Assembly: GCF_018977255.1 (NCBI RefSeq)
Contig: NW_024704742.1
Span: forward strand, 67,892,001-67,956,000
Direction of reading: 5' to 3'
DNA length: 64,000 nucleotides
From: Callorhinchus milii
Taxonomy: Eukaryota
The position numbers were made by a program, and so were the translations under genes. A model generated the notes under the pieces. The model was not told the origin of the DNA and did no database searches. It saw nothing but the letters and a program-made list of their open reading frames with translations. Each line of letters begins with the position of its first letter. The first letter of the stretch is position 1. Of this stretch, positions 47,461 to 60,812 are shown one piece after another.

Positions 47461-50334
47461 CACATTCCTGTTTTTAATACAGTAGTTCCCATTTTAATGG
47501 ACATCTATCTCAGCACTCAGAGTTTATTTGATTATTTAGCATTTCTGAATATTCTTAGAAATTAGTGACTCTGCCTATATTTTTGAGTCAGTTTGGTGTA
47601 ATGCTTTATTCTGTAGTGACAGGCAGTGCCTTACAATATGGAAACACTATGGAAAATAATGCTTCAATCTGTTGATTGCTGGTGTAACAATAAGTTTTCT
47701 GAGTTGACTGCTGTAACAGTGCTTTGTTATATTGTCTTTTACCTCCTGGATGTTTGTTCTTTGTCTTATACAGGAAGCTTTTAGAATGAGCTTTTAAACT
47801 GATTAGGCATATGTACGAGTACTGGAGGGTTCCAGAGCTATAACTGAAAATCACGTGGTCTTTTTGCATGAAACCTTCCTGGTGTTGACCTCAACTTCTA
47901 ATGGAAAGTCAGATTCACTTGTAACTGGATAATTTTACTTGTTTTCTTTGAAAGTTAAATTTAGGGTTATTTTGGGAATCGTGTGCTATTAATCCTGAAG
48001 GCTGACAATATCGCACTAAAAAGCATATACTACAGAGTGTTGCAGTTTGTGGCACATTCCTGTTTTTAACTGTCCTTGTTACAAACATCCTACCTGAAAT
48101 TTTCATTTACTTCTGATGCTTCTAGTGAGTTAATTGCAGACAAGAATTTATTTCCTGCTGATTCAAAAACATTGTAAATCAATTTTAAATACAAAATTTC
48201 ACAATGCTGAAGGCACTTTAAAAATATTGGTGTGCATTTCACTCAGGGTTGAGTGTGAAGATTCTAAACTAGTTTCCATGCACAGAATAGTTTTACAGAC
48301 TGCATAAATACTTAAACGCCAATTTAAAAAAAAATACAAACCAGCGTAAATTCAGCTTGCTTAAATTAATTTTCTGCAGGATTGGAAAATCATTATTCAG
48401 TATTTGTAATATGGAGTTCTCTCCCTCAATCCCTCTATCCTGCCCCCTCCTGCCCCACCTTCAAATCCCACCTAAAGAGCTTCCTTTTTGATTGTGTTTA
48501 TGGGCCCCTCTCGCCTCCAGCCCCTTCCCTGCCTCGGGATCAAACTCCACCACTGTGAAGCACTCCTTGGCTCTCCCATGTGTAAAGGGCATGTTGTTGT
48601 ATATGTTGGCCTTACAAACAAATATATGATTTACAAACGTCACATAGCCATGGACTAGTAAGAGGGATGTGGAGAATATTGGTAAGGGGAGCTCGGCTGA
48701 AGTGGGTTAAATATTGAGTCTGTTCTGGCATCCCTCCAGTTCTTAATACGCTTTGAGACATCTCGAAGATGCTTTGAAATATCTTGAAGACGCGATTAGG
48801 CCCTATGACAAATGCAAGAATTATTATATAATACAATACAAAGAATACAATACAAAAATTATATTTAAATAGGGCCTTTCAAGTAACAATAATGGCTTGC
48901 CACCCGAGCTGGGGATGGGAGTGCTACATTTAGGTTGCACCTGAAACTCCACATATGCAGGTAGTTCTTGTTGCCACACCTTAAGTGTGCTGCCCAGCCT
49001 TGGAGGCAGTGCTGAGGAGAGCCATTAAGCTCATCTTCATTGGTAGTAAGGTGGGGTGAGAGAAGCCACTAGATAAATCGAAAATCTTCTGCCTGGAAAA
49101 GACATCTGAGCAGATCATTATAGAACTGCATAAGATGCTTAATGGGATAGAAAAAGTAAACCAGACTTTCAAATCTGACAAATGAACAAGACCAGAAGTC
49201 CATTTCATGATTGTAAAAAAAAGGACTAAATACAAAATTTGTTTTTTTACACAGAAAGTAATTACACTGTAGTAATAATACTTGCATTGGATGTAACACC
49301 CTTTATATTGGGAGGACACCTCAAGGTATTTCACAAGAATTACTGTAAAGTGTATGACTGCTTTTTGTAAAGTGAATGCTTTGACTATGAAGGTTGTTTG
49401 AGTTCAGAATTGGATGGTAGATACAGAAAATAGAATAATTTATTATGGTAAAATAGATGATCCTCTCTAAGATTGTTGTTAAGGAGTAGACCAGAGGGAA
49501 CCTTTTGCTTTGTAATTGCCTAGATCTAGGACTTCTTAATGTTGTCATTGGAATTCATGTTCCTTATTACTTTGAATTTTTATGTTGTGTAAAGGGCACA
49601 TGCGTTTACACATAATTTACGCAACTTTCACGCTAGGTGTTCAAAAGAGGAACTCATTTAATTTTCCAATGTTGATATTCTTTACTTGAAAAGATAAAAT
49701 ATCACTTAAGGGAATTGGAGCTACTTTTTAAAAAAGAGAAGGGTGTTTCTCCTACTGGCAGATAAAATTGGTAATTCACTTTTTGGCTGTTTGTGGGATG
49801 CTGCTGCAATTCATAGCAATCCTTTGTGAAGAGATTTGAGATGTTTAGACATTATAGGTACTGGATTAAATGCAAGCTTTTTTTAAAAAAAAATGTAAAG
49901 GAATTCCTTGTATTTAATATAGAACCTTACCATGTCATTGAGATGTCTCAAAATGTATTTACGTGTGTTAATGTCAGATGATATATCTTCCATATAAGAA
50001 TGTTATGTGAGTGTATATAATAGCTTCACAAATTATTTATATTTTCTCCCAGAAAGCTTAAGATGAAGCAATCTTGCCCGCTCTATCTCAAACTCCCTCC
50101 TGCTTTGCACCCTCCCTCTCTGCTTTCAAAACATCTTTGCACTTTTGGCTAACTCTCGTCTCCCCGTCTCCCCCCCACCCCAAAAATTTCCTCTTCTGCT
50201 TGAACTCACACTCAATCTCTGTAAAGCTTTGGGATGAAGTGGGAGCTCATGTAGAAGAGATGTTTTGAGATATTTAAACTACTGGGAAGGTGCTAAGGTA
50301 CTAGTTGTTTAAATTGCTGTGTTGTATTTTTATT

Positions 50335-51270
50335 CTTTTAATCAGCCACGTGTCTGATGTATGCAGAAATTCATCAAACCAGACTGAGAGTTCCACATGT
50401 GTATGTCACTTACATATAGAAACTTCCCAGTTTCTGGTAGTATGGGCTTTCTCTCCCTCCCTCCTCGAAGGGCGACTCTGCTTAATTAAATTCCATAAAG
50501 TATTAGATGCAGGTTGGCGAAAGCAAAGACTTGGGGATTCCAGAGTATGCATTGGGGTTAACCATCTAAAACTACTTAGCTTTCCATTGAGATTACTATC
50601 TGGCAAGCTTCCTGCTGCTTGTCCAGCTGTGACCAGCATACCAGCTATGTCTTGGTTTGCATGGTTAATCCGAACTAAGCGGGAAGAATACCTTCCCCGG
50701 TTTGCCCCCCCAAATTCAGGCAACGAGTCAGGCTGGCCGGTACGTCATCAGCAATGCGGATCCGCTTAATTCAGGAACTTTACTACCAGACCGCCTCAGA
50801 GGTTTACCTTAATTCCCCATTCCATTGCCAAGCAAGTCAACTTCAAGCCAGTGCAGCCCCAGAAAGACTACTGACGTCCCCTGCTTCCTCCCCCTCAACC
50901 CTACCCTCCAGGATAGTCACAAGTTGGTCATTTGATATTCAACAAACAGGTTTCCCAAACTAGAAGGATAGTAGTTACCAGAAAACCTGTGAGCTTCCTG
51001 GTGGGTAGCACAACTCAGCATGAAATGCTTGAGAGCATTGCCACTATTTTCTTTCACACAGCTCAGTCTTGCTTCCTTAATTATCGAGGGACGCTTCAAC
51101 CAATTGGAGGTGCGGGGTTTGAGCTGGTATTTCTCTGTATAGAAATCAAGGTGATTACAGAGACATGAGCATCTATTCGCAAGCACTGAACAGACTCCAG
51201 GTAACACCTTCCAGCTGTTGTCCCAAGTCTTTGAGTTTCTTCATCAGCTATTTGCTGGTCATCTGCCTTC
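50335..51270 (-). mobile_element. Longest copy of an old, unclassified non-LTR retrotransposon 3' region
   Basis: Remnant ORF QLKPRTSNWL...SC...LKHFMLSC; related copies at 23727-24440 (-), 24640-24875 (+), 25340-25735 (+), 31365-32460, 34905-35345 (+) and 37400-38070 (+), all ending at or near GGCTGACC(A)n. Confidence 0.7.
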
Positions 51271-51916
51271 AGTGTGGTTGAATCTATACATAGGCCAACA
51301 AATTTGGTATTCTAGAGGTCCATTTGAATGTCGCAAAGTAGGTTTACTGAACACCAACTGTTTATTCAGGTCCACATGTGTAACAAATAGACCGGAGCCC
51401 TCCCTCCTTACAGCTGCTTCTCTTTTTTACCTCAAATCACCTCACTGTTTACTCCTGGAATTCACAAACGGGCCAATGAAAACCGTTTTGCTGCATACCT
51501 AGGAACTCTGAACCCTGAAGGAGAAATGTTTGATTAGTTTTACTGGGGCCATCAAAATTCAGAGCCATTATTTTTGGTTGGACTCGTGGTTTCTAGAAGC
51601 AATTAAGAATGCAATGTTCATTACAGTGCTCATCCAAGAGCATTGAGGAAATCCAGGTTGAGAGAAGCAAAGGTTGTGTACAGTCTGAAGGAATTGATGA
51701 ATAAGAATAGAATGTCAAAAAAATGAATCACTAACCACAGGTTAAGATTTGAGAGGAATCTCGTTAGTACATTGCGAAACGTGCCTTAAAGAGATTGCCA
51801 AACATATCTTCTCTGTCAGAATCCAGTGGATACAATGTAAGATCTATGTAATTTACTAAGATTTTGTGGTACATTATGATTCTAAAATTAAAAAAAACTT
51901 TTATTTATAAAAGCAG

Positions 51917-52059
51917 GACAAGATGTCGAGCTCTCAGGGACGTTGTCGCTTGTTCTATCTCAGTGTTGCAAAAGAATAAAAGACACTGTTCAGAAACTGG
52001 CTTCTGACCACAAGGACATTCACTGCAGTGTGTCACGAGTAGGAAAAGCCATTGACCGG
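51917..52059 (+). CDS. RMND5A: RMND5A coding exon 2, 143 nt
   Basis: aagcag|(G)[47 protein letters not shown]|gtaagt. Confidence 0.95.
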
Positions 52060-55000
52060 GTAAGTCCATGCCAGTTTCTTCAATTGCTACGGGCAACTTT
52101 ATTCTGATTAAAAGAGAGGTTTAGGTAACGTTAGAGTACAGTGGTTTCTTTAATGTATTAAGATTTGTAAGATATAGACATCAAAAGTTGATAAGACGTG
52201 TATAAGATATAAACAATAAGGCAGGGCCGTCAAATATTTTCATTAGGTGAGTTTTTAAAGCTAACTGATTCAAAAAGTAGCTCTAGATTGCAGTGATTTC
52301 TTTTTACTTAGTCTTACACTTTCAAATGTTTCAAAATTCACTAAATATCTACCTACCTTGTGTTATGTGCTGAACAGATTAATGAAGATAGAATGATTCT
52401 TTAAAGTATCGACCAAGCTTTTAAAACCAAATTTGTAAAGAATGATTCTAACATTTGTTTTGTTATGATTTTAAATTCCCCTGAAATTTCACAAATAGCT
52501 GCAATAACAACCATAAGGATTCTGTCACTAAACCAGAAAGCTTCAACTTTCTGATTTTATCTTTCTTGCACTTCAATATTGTTCACAAGATTGCAAGAGG
52601 GATTCGAATGAAGTAGGCCCTTCAGGTCATTTGATCTCATCCTTCCTGAACACTTAACCTCTCAGCTTCAGCATCAAGCTGTTTCTTAAACGAGGCCCAT
52701 GTGTCCTGCCCTTTATCATCCTTCTTGTTAACCTGTTACAGACATTTGTTAACTCTTTGCACAAACAGTTTCACTGATGTCAATAGCACTCACCATGTAG
52801 AAAAATGTATATAAAAAAATGCTCTACTGCTTCCTCTTTTTAAAGAAATGTCTGCTTGAAACCTAAAAATACTATTTTGCTACAGATAGTTAACTTGTTT
52901 TTTCCCCCAGTCAGTAATGCCAGGTATGCACTGTTGATTATTGGTGCTAGCAGCTGTGTGGTTAAAATCCTTGCAGAACCTTAACAGGATTTGCCATCTT
53001 CTTTGCTAAAACAGAACATGGACAAATTAGCTAGATTCATTCATCTAATTAACCTGGCCCTGACTGTGGGACTGCTACAACAACAACAACAAATTATAAT
53101 TGTATCCTGTTTTTCACTTCAGGAGGACGTCCCAAGGTGCTGGACAGTTAGGGATTTTGTCCCGACCTGGTGTTTGGGATCAGGTGGGGTGGAGGGCAGG
53201 GAGAGTAGGGATAGGAAGATGAATAACGTTGCAGCAGAGCCTGCTGAGCGGAGGGAGTGGACAGGTTGATATGGAGTTAGCAGGTCATCTTTATTCCCAC
53301 AGCCATTCCCCACAGCTAGAGCTCAGATCAACACTGCCACCCAAATTATTTCTGCTCTATTTTGACATCCGGAAGCCTATTGTATTCCCCCCAGAACAAA
53401 ATAAAGATGAGTTCTTCAGGACAAGCTACAGATTAGGAGACGCCTCAATGTTTTCTGTATTTGTAAATGTATGTTTTTGTTGGGTAGTATTTTTTGGTCA
53501 CAAGATGCCATATTAGAACATTTCAAAATGCTAGGCATTTTAATGTCAAAGCCAGTTTATTGAGATTGAATTGGCCTTTAAATAAGATTTACAATCCTTG
53601 TATGTAAGTGGGGTGATTGTCCATTAAATGCGTTAACATTCTCGAAGCTAAATAAATGGTACTTAATATGGGTTGTAAACCTCCTTCATTAATAATGTAA
53701 ATTATACCAATTTTTAGTGAAAAACGCTTCACTAATTAATGAGAAAAACATAGATAAAATTAACTGCAGAGTTCATATAGGACTGACATTATGTTTTAAA
53801 TGGGATAAGAGTACTTGATCTGTAGCCTCAGTTTTGTAAACTTGAGTTGCAGAGGAAGGTACAGTTTACTAAGAATTTTCTTGTGTAGTTACAATTCTTG
53901 CTCTGTATGGTATAACAATTGCACCGTTTGGGTCTAATATGGACACTTACTAGGAAGCTTGTTGATGCACCAATGCTGTTGCTGCTTCTTGCTTTCCTAT
54001 ACTTTACACAGGCAAAAGGAAAATAATGAATCTCAAACAGTATACTGAACATTTTAATTCTAATGCACCTGTTACGAAGGCTATCTGATTCAATTGTTGT
54101 ATCTGTTTCTCTCCATCCTCTGGCACCTCGAGTGCATTCTGAACAGTGGACTGACTGCAATGTAACTTTCCACAGAATATTGACTCAAACATGTTTTAAA
54201 AAACAAACTATTATTAATGTTCATATATAGCATTTCCCTTTTTGTACAATCTCTAAATATGCTGTTCTGTTGCTGTCTTCTCCTTTGTCTAATTCCAGGT
54301 CTTTCGGCACGTTTCCCCTTTCTTTATACTTACAGTAGATGCCAAATACTGCTCCTTTTATCCGCGAATGGGACAGAATTTTGCTACTAATCAGGTAAAT
54401 TGGTTAATCTCTCCCACCCAAAATCTTTTTCTTTGGTACATCATTGTTCATTCTACTTTATTTTACTACTGTACCTTGCTCAGTGATTCCAATATAGTTT
54501 GAGTCAAACATTGCACTGCCACAGTCTGACTCTGCCAGCTTATATAATTTCATTACAAGTTTTATAAGCTTGTAACACTTGAGAATCCTCTGCTACCAAG
54601 CCAGGAATTACACCTTAAAACCAAGCTGACTTTTGTTCAAGGAAGGATAAGGGTGAATTTGGTATGCGTGAAGTTGGTATGTATGCCTATTTTATTTCTC
54701 TCACCCTTTTTATCATGTTGCAATGTGTTAAGCAAGTCAGAGGCTAACTCCCAACTTGTTTGAAGGCAGATTCTCGGTCATTGTATTTTTATTTTGTCTA
54801 CTGACGCAACCAGTTTATTTAACCATAAAGAGCATAATGATAATAATTAATATTACTTGCATTTGATATGATGCAAAGCTATCTCAAAGCAATTCACAAG
54901 ATTTCCTGTGAAATATAGTATCTGTATTTGTAGGTGAAGGTGGTAGTTAATTTACGGGCAGCAATGTGCACAAACAGCTATGAAGTAAATGACCAACTTT

Positions 55001-56269
55001 ATTGAGGGGTATTGTTGGCCAGGACATTGGGGGATAAATTAATTACAATTCATTAAATTTAAGAATTGACCAGCTTGATAAATATACAAAATACTAAAGA
55101 GCAGCTATATCAAAAGTATTGAGATGATGATTATTATAATGTCCATTTTGATAATACTACCTCTGTATAGCAATTTATTAAATATCTTGAAAGTCTGAGT
55201 TTGCCAATTACTCTTGCTGCAGAAGCAAGGCTGAATAAAGTGGTTTGTGTTTGTTTCGATTTATATTTTCCCTTTTGCCAGTTCATATCATCTGGAAAAT
55301 GTATGGAGAGTATCCTAACATTCAGGCACAGCAGTCAAAGAGAAATGGATTCCTGAAATATCCCGTAGAAAGATTTAATTTAATAACTATTTCATAAGAA
55401 ATAATAATTGAATAGGAAGGAGAGACTTGGGTTTATACAGAAGAGAATGGAACATTTAGTGAGATTTAAAATTGACAAGTCTTAGAAACGTGTGGATATC
55501 TGAAACTTCATCATACGTTTACAACTTTGAAAATTGTGATTGGTTGGCCAATATTGAGTGGAAAATATTGCTGTGTAAAGCTCTGCATTGCATGGAGTTG
55601 GTTCATTGTAAAGTCACTGTACCTGGAATGCACTGGAGTTATGGATTAGACAAATTGGTTCCAAACTACAACAGATTGGAAGTTTGGTTTAAAAAAAAAC
55701 GTTGTAATCCTCATTTTAAATACAACAGGTTAGAAGTCAAATTGCACACCTCTTAAACATGTCACCAGTTAGAGGCATCCTTTCTTAAACCTCTTCCAAA
55801 GCCATACTTTGGTTCCCTTTTGCACTGAGGTAGGCAGGGTCGACTCCTAAACTATATTTTTGCCTTTTTCCTCTCTTGGAAAGTGTTTGACTCCTCTGTT
55901 TCTTGTAGATAAATAACACAGCTGGATTTATTAACCTGTTGCGTGTAAACCTATGTACTCCTTTGTATAAAAATTGTTGCTTTCTAACAATTTATTCAGT
56001 GATTTTAATTAAAATGTGTTATAGGATTGAGAGAATTGAATATAATTTGCATTTATGTAATTATTTTTACGTCAGGAGGATGTCTCAAAGCACTTTACAC
56101 GTATGAATGGGGGTGGTGGTGGGGTGCTCAGGATCTTAAATAATCATCGCCTTATATTTTACTTTCTTTGATTTTAATTACACTCCATTTCAACCATTTT
56201 GCCACCTGGAGAAATGGGGAATTTTGTTTTTACTTTAATGGTTATATTTCCCCTCTTGTATTTTTCCAG

Positions 56270-56404
56270 AGTTTTGATGCTGACATTAATGGAGTTGCGA
56301 TAGATGGATGTTGGCAAACTGATAGCCAGCGACTCCTTAGTGAGGTGATGGTGGAACACTTCTTCCGACAAGGAATGCTGGATGTGGCAGAGGAGCTGTG
56401 CCAG
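56270..56404 (+). CDS. RMND5A: RMND5A coding exon 3, 135 nt (LisH region)
   Basis: tttttccag|[45 protein letters not shown]|gtactg. Confidence 0.96.
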
Positions 56405-56857
56405 GTACTGTAAGGGATGCTACTACTACTGAAGTCCCTTCCCAACTTAAACATCTTTCCTCAATTGACTAGTCCAACAAATAACTCACTGGAGAATGGA
56501 TGAATATATATATATACACACACTGTATTTATACTTTGCACTCCATATAATTGCATGGAGGCTGGACCGGACAGATGCCATACAATTACCCGAGTTCTAC
56601 TGATGTTAGTTCATAACTATATTTATAACAAAGGAACAGCATATTTATTACTTCAGGGCTAAATAAAGCATAACACAGTATATATCGACAACAAGCGCTC
56701 TGGGATGCTATCCTGCATGAGGGTATATAAATGCAAATTGTTATTAATTATGGTTTTAATGTATAAAATAGATGTTTTTAAAGTCCCTGTATGAATATGG
56801 ACCCGATAGGTTTCTTCCATGTTATAAATTTCTATGTTAATGCTTTACACATTTTAG

Positions 56858-57175
56858 GAGTCCTGTAGCTCAGTGGTTAGAGCACCTCGTCTCGCAAGCG
56901 AGAGACCTGGGTTTGATTCCAGGCAGGGCGAAACCTTGGGCAAGCTTCCTTACTCCACACCCTGATAATAATCCCACAAGAAAACCCCCCAATAATAATT
57001 TGGTCACTCAATCCACGACTGTTTGTGGGACACTGCTGTGTGCAATTGGCTGCCGCGTTTCGCCCACAAAATATACAGTCAATTCACTTTGCAGTATATT
57101 CTGTGAAGCGCTTTGAGACATCTGGAAGCCTTGAAAAGCGCTATATCAAATGCAAGGATGATTATTTATTATTGT
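56858..57175 (+). mobile_element. Full-length SINE
   Basis: Head, core and tail all clear. Confidence 0.9.
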
Positions 57176-58316
57176 TTTGTAAGTTTTCAAGTGGGAACTG
57201 AATGTAAGGATGTTTTTTGTTAGCGGATACTATTGTATTAGTTTGCCATGATAGTTTTTCATGTGGTGAGTTCATGTTCTTGGCTGTGCCACTAGAAGAG
57301 AGCCTTTGGAGCCTTTAGACTTTAAATTATTGTTACAATTTAAGATTGTGCAGAATTTTGGAAAATTTGGTTTTAATTTTGAAGCCAGTTTTCTACAGAT
57401 CTTATCAGGAACTATGAAAGACGTCTTTCAAATTCTGAATGAATTGAAGATAAAATGCTAAATCTTAAGACCAAGACACAGGGAGGTGGGAGAGGGAAGA
57501 TGAGATAGAGTCACCAATATCTATCCAAATGCAGGACTTTGGCAAATACTTTGGTTGGATGTTGCCTACCCAACTTTGTCTCTAGACCAGGGAAATATTT
57601 ATTTAAGCTCATTGTAGAATGTGCTGCGAATGAGATGAGCAACGATTGCAGTGGATTAGGGTCTTGTTTTTTTTAAAAAGGCTAAACATTGGGACTCTGT
57701 TTGTAATACTTGCTGTTTTATATCGAGGGATATGGAATTTTAGAAAAAAACTAGCTTCTTTTACAGACTGAGTTTAAGCAACAGTGGCTTAAACAGTTAA
57801 ATTCCTGCAGAATGTGTTAAAAGCTGGTTAGTTACACATGTCCCCTTTTGCTTGCCTCCCCCCAGTCCACCCTTTGCTAAACTGACATTCTCAAGCAGAA
57901 GGTACAAGTGCTTTATTAAAGTTATTTGTCCTTCATCAAGAGCTGTTTTAATGAGGCTACATGCTGTGAGATGAGGAGGGTTGTATTAGTGTAGAATATT
58001 TGTAATCGTAGATGCTGTTGTAGTACATCACGTCAACCCTTTGAAGACAGGTGTCAGATATGGTGTTCCTCCACTTTTTCCTGCTAAAAATAACCTTTTG
58101 ACTTTTGGACATTAAAGAGTGCTTACCGAGATTGAGTTAACTACTCTGATCTTAATCAGACCAGACCACTTTATTTCAAAGCGAATTTCTCCAAATGCAA
58201 TGCATTTAGAGCCAGTGTAATGCAAAACTTCTGAGAGATATGTAGTCCATTTGTCGCCTTGAGAATAATTTGTATTGAAATCCATCTGCTGTGTAATGTG
58301 CTCATGTGTCTGTTAG

Positions 58317-58417
58317 GAAGCTGGTCTGTGCATAGAAGGAAACCAAAAGGAGCCATTTGTAGAACTGAATAGAATCTTGGAGGCACTCAGAATAAGAGAT
58401 CTAAGACCTGCACTAGA
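58317..58417 (+). CDS. RMND5A: RMND5A coding exon 4, 101 nt (start of CTLH)
   Basis: tgttag|[33 protein letters not shown](E)|gtaagt. Confidence 0.95.
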
Positions 58418-59739
58418 GTAAGTGACTTTTTTTTACAGTAATTGTTGCTAATGTACCTACGCATCGTTGCGTTTGGCATATTGCTTTTATGTTAGATTTT
58501 GGTATGTAAAAATTAAGTGAACATTGCAGTTCATATTGACAAAATCTGTATATTTGTATTCTATCTATAAAGTAGTAATGTTCAATAAGAATGACTTTCT
58601 TTACCTTTAAACATTTTCAAGCGTTTAGCAGACTATGAATAAAATTATTCCAAAATCAGATGTGTAACACGTCCATTTATATTCTAATCCAGCAGAAGAA
58701 ATGATGCACAAATATTTATCAGTTAAACATAGTGGTAAATTATTTATTAAATGTGCATTATGGTTCTGTTTCCTTTGTAACCTAAGCTACATGAGTGGAC
58801 ATGATTTCTTAAAATCTGAGTCTGTTTTTTTTTGCAATAATATGATATTTTCAGTGAAGTATCTTGATTTTATTTCAATATAGCAGAGAGCTAATTATCT
58901 AAATAGATTGGGACAGATGACAGATAAGCAAAAATGCGGGTATTTGGAAATCACGCAAAATACCAATTTGGCTACTGTGCTAACTAAAACATTAGTAGAA
59001 TGTGACACTACGGAAACAGACCATTTAGCCCAACTAGTCCGTATCTGTGTTTATGATGAACCTCCAGCCCTCCTAAACCCCTCTTCCATGTCCCTCTATG
59101 ATATCACTGTAGCCAAATACTGTGTTCTTCATGCTCTCTCTTGTGTGTTCTCTCGGCCACATGCTTTGTCTCTTTTGTGCTCTCTGCCAGGCTTTTTGGC
59201 TCTCTCCTCAATTTTTGCGTGCTCTCTCCTTCACGCTTTTTCCATGTCCAGCCCATATCCACTTGTACTTCTGAATCCCATGTAGATAAACAGATATGTG
59301 CATAAACTGCAGTTGTACTGTACAAAAATGAGACATAGAAACAAATATTTTGTACATCACCTTTTTTAAAAATTCTGCGTATATAGTATAACATGACTGA
59401 GTGTGTACAATGCACACTAATGATCTACAACATAGCTCAGTGTAGTATTGCACATATTGGTCTCCATTTAGTCTTTGTACCATGAGGTGTACAAAGGACT
59501 CAATCTTTGCTTTTAAAAAAAATGTTAACATAGACAGCCAGTTGTTTCAGAAATCGGCAAGCAACATCAACTTTTACATACCCCACTCACGCAGTGTAGC
59601 ATTTCAAAGCACTGAATGGTATACATTCTACAAAAATTAAATTTATTTTAAAACTAAAATTATCATTACATGTTGTATCAACAGAATGATGCATCGTGAG
59701 AAGACTTTTTTATTGTATAACTATTGCACATAAATTTAT

Positions 59740-60812
59740 TCGTCAGGGCTCTGCCCTTGATCCTCTCCTCTTCAACATGTACATGCCCCCTCTTGGTGAC
59801 ATCATCCGCAGACATGGGGTCAACTTCAACATGTATGCAGACGACACCCGACTCTATCTCTCTGCGTCCACCCTCAACTCCAGGACTATTGCTGTCCTGA
59901 CAGAATGTCTGTCAGACATCAAATCGTGGCTGAGAGATGACATCAACAAGACCGAGGCTCCCATCAGCGCCTCCACACCTTAGGCACTGGCAGCATCACC
60001 ATCCAGGGATGCACACTCCACCTCACTGAACCAGTCCGGAAACTTTGCATCTTGTTTGGCCCTCAACTGTCCTTTCTACCCCACATCTGTGCCTTGACCT
60101 ACTCTGCCTTCCCCCACCTCTTCCACATCGCCCAGCTCCGCCACTGCCTATCAGGCCACCAAAACCCTCATCCATGCATTTATTACATCTAGGCTCGACT
60201 ACACCAACCACCTACTTGTCGGTCTTTCCAACTTTTCCCTCCACCAGCTGTAGATCATCCAGAACCCTGCAGCTCGTGTCCTCTCCTGCACCATGCTCCG
60301 TGACCCTATCACCCCTCACCCTCACCCAGCTCCACTGGCTTCTCATCGTCCAGAGGATAAAGTTCAAAATTCTCGTACTTGCCTTCAAAGCCCCCCGTGG
60401 ACTTGCTCCTTCCAACCTTCTGTGATTTGCTAAGCCCATATCAATCTGTCCACTCCCTCCACTCAGCAGGCTGTGGCTTGCTTCTCATCCCCCGCCTGGC
60501 CCATCCCACCATCGCAGTCAGGCCTTCAGACTCTACGCCCCAACCTTTTGGAACTCCATCCCACAGTCCCTTCGCCTTGCTCCCTCCCTTGCCTCCTTCA
60601 ACAACAACAAAAATTACATTTTTTATAGCCTTTCACGTCGGGAGGATGTCTCAAGACCCTCCTCTTCGACCATGCCTTTGAACCACCTATCCTACCTGCC
60701 CTCTAACACTCCTGATCCCAACCCCCTGCTTAGGTCCAAATTCCTGACTGTCTAGCATTTTCGGACGTCCTCCCGATGTGAAAGGCGCTATACAATGTAA
60801 TTTGTTGTTGTA
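59740..60812 (+). mobile_element. Older L2, ~1.1 kb, with RT remnant and tail
   Basis: QGSALDPLLF, YADDTRLY, LHWLLIVQRIKFKIL; tail GGACGTCCTCCCGATGTGAAAGGCGCT. Smaller L2 3' pieces at ~4320-4660 (-), 34398-34795 (+) and 53085-53290 (-). Confidence 0.88.
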
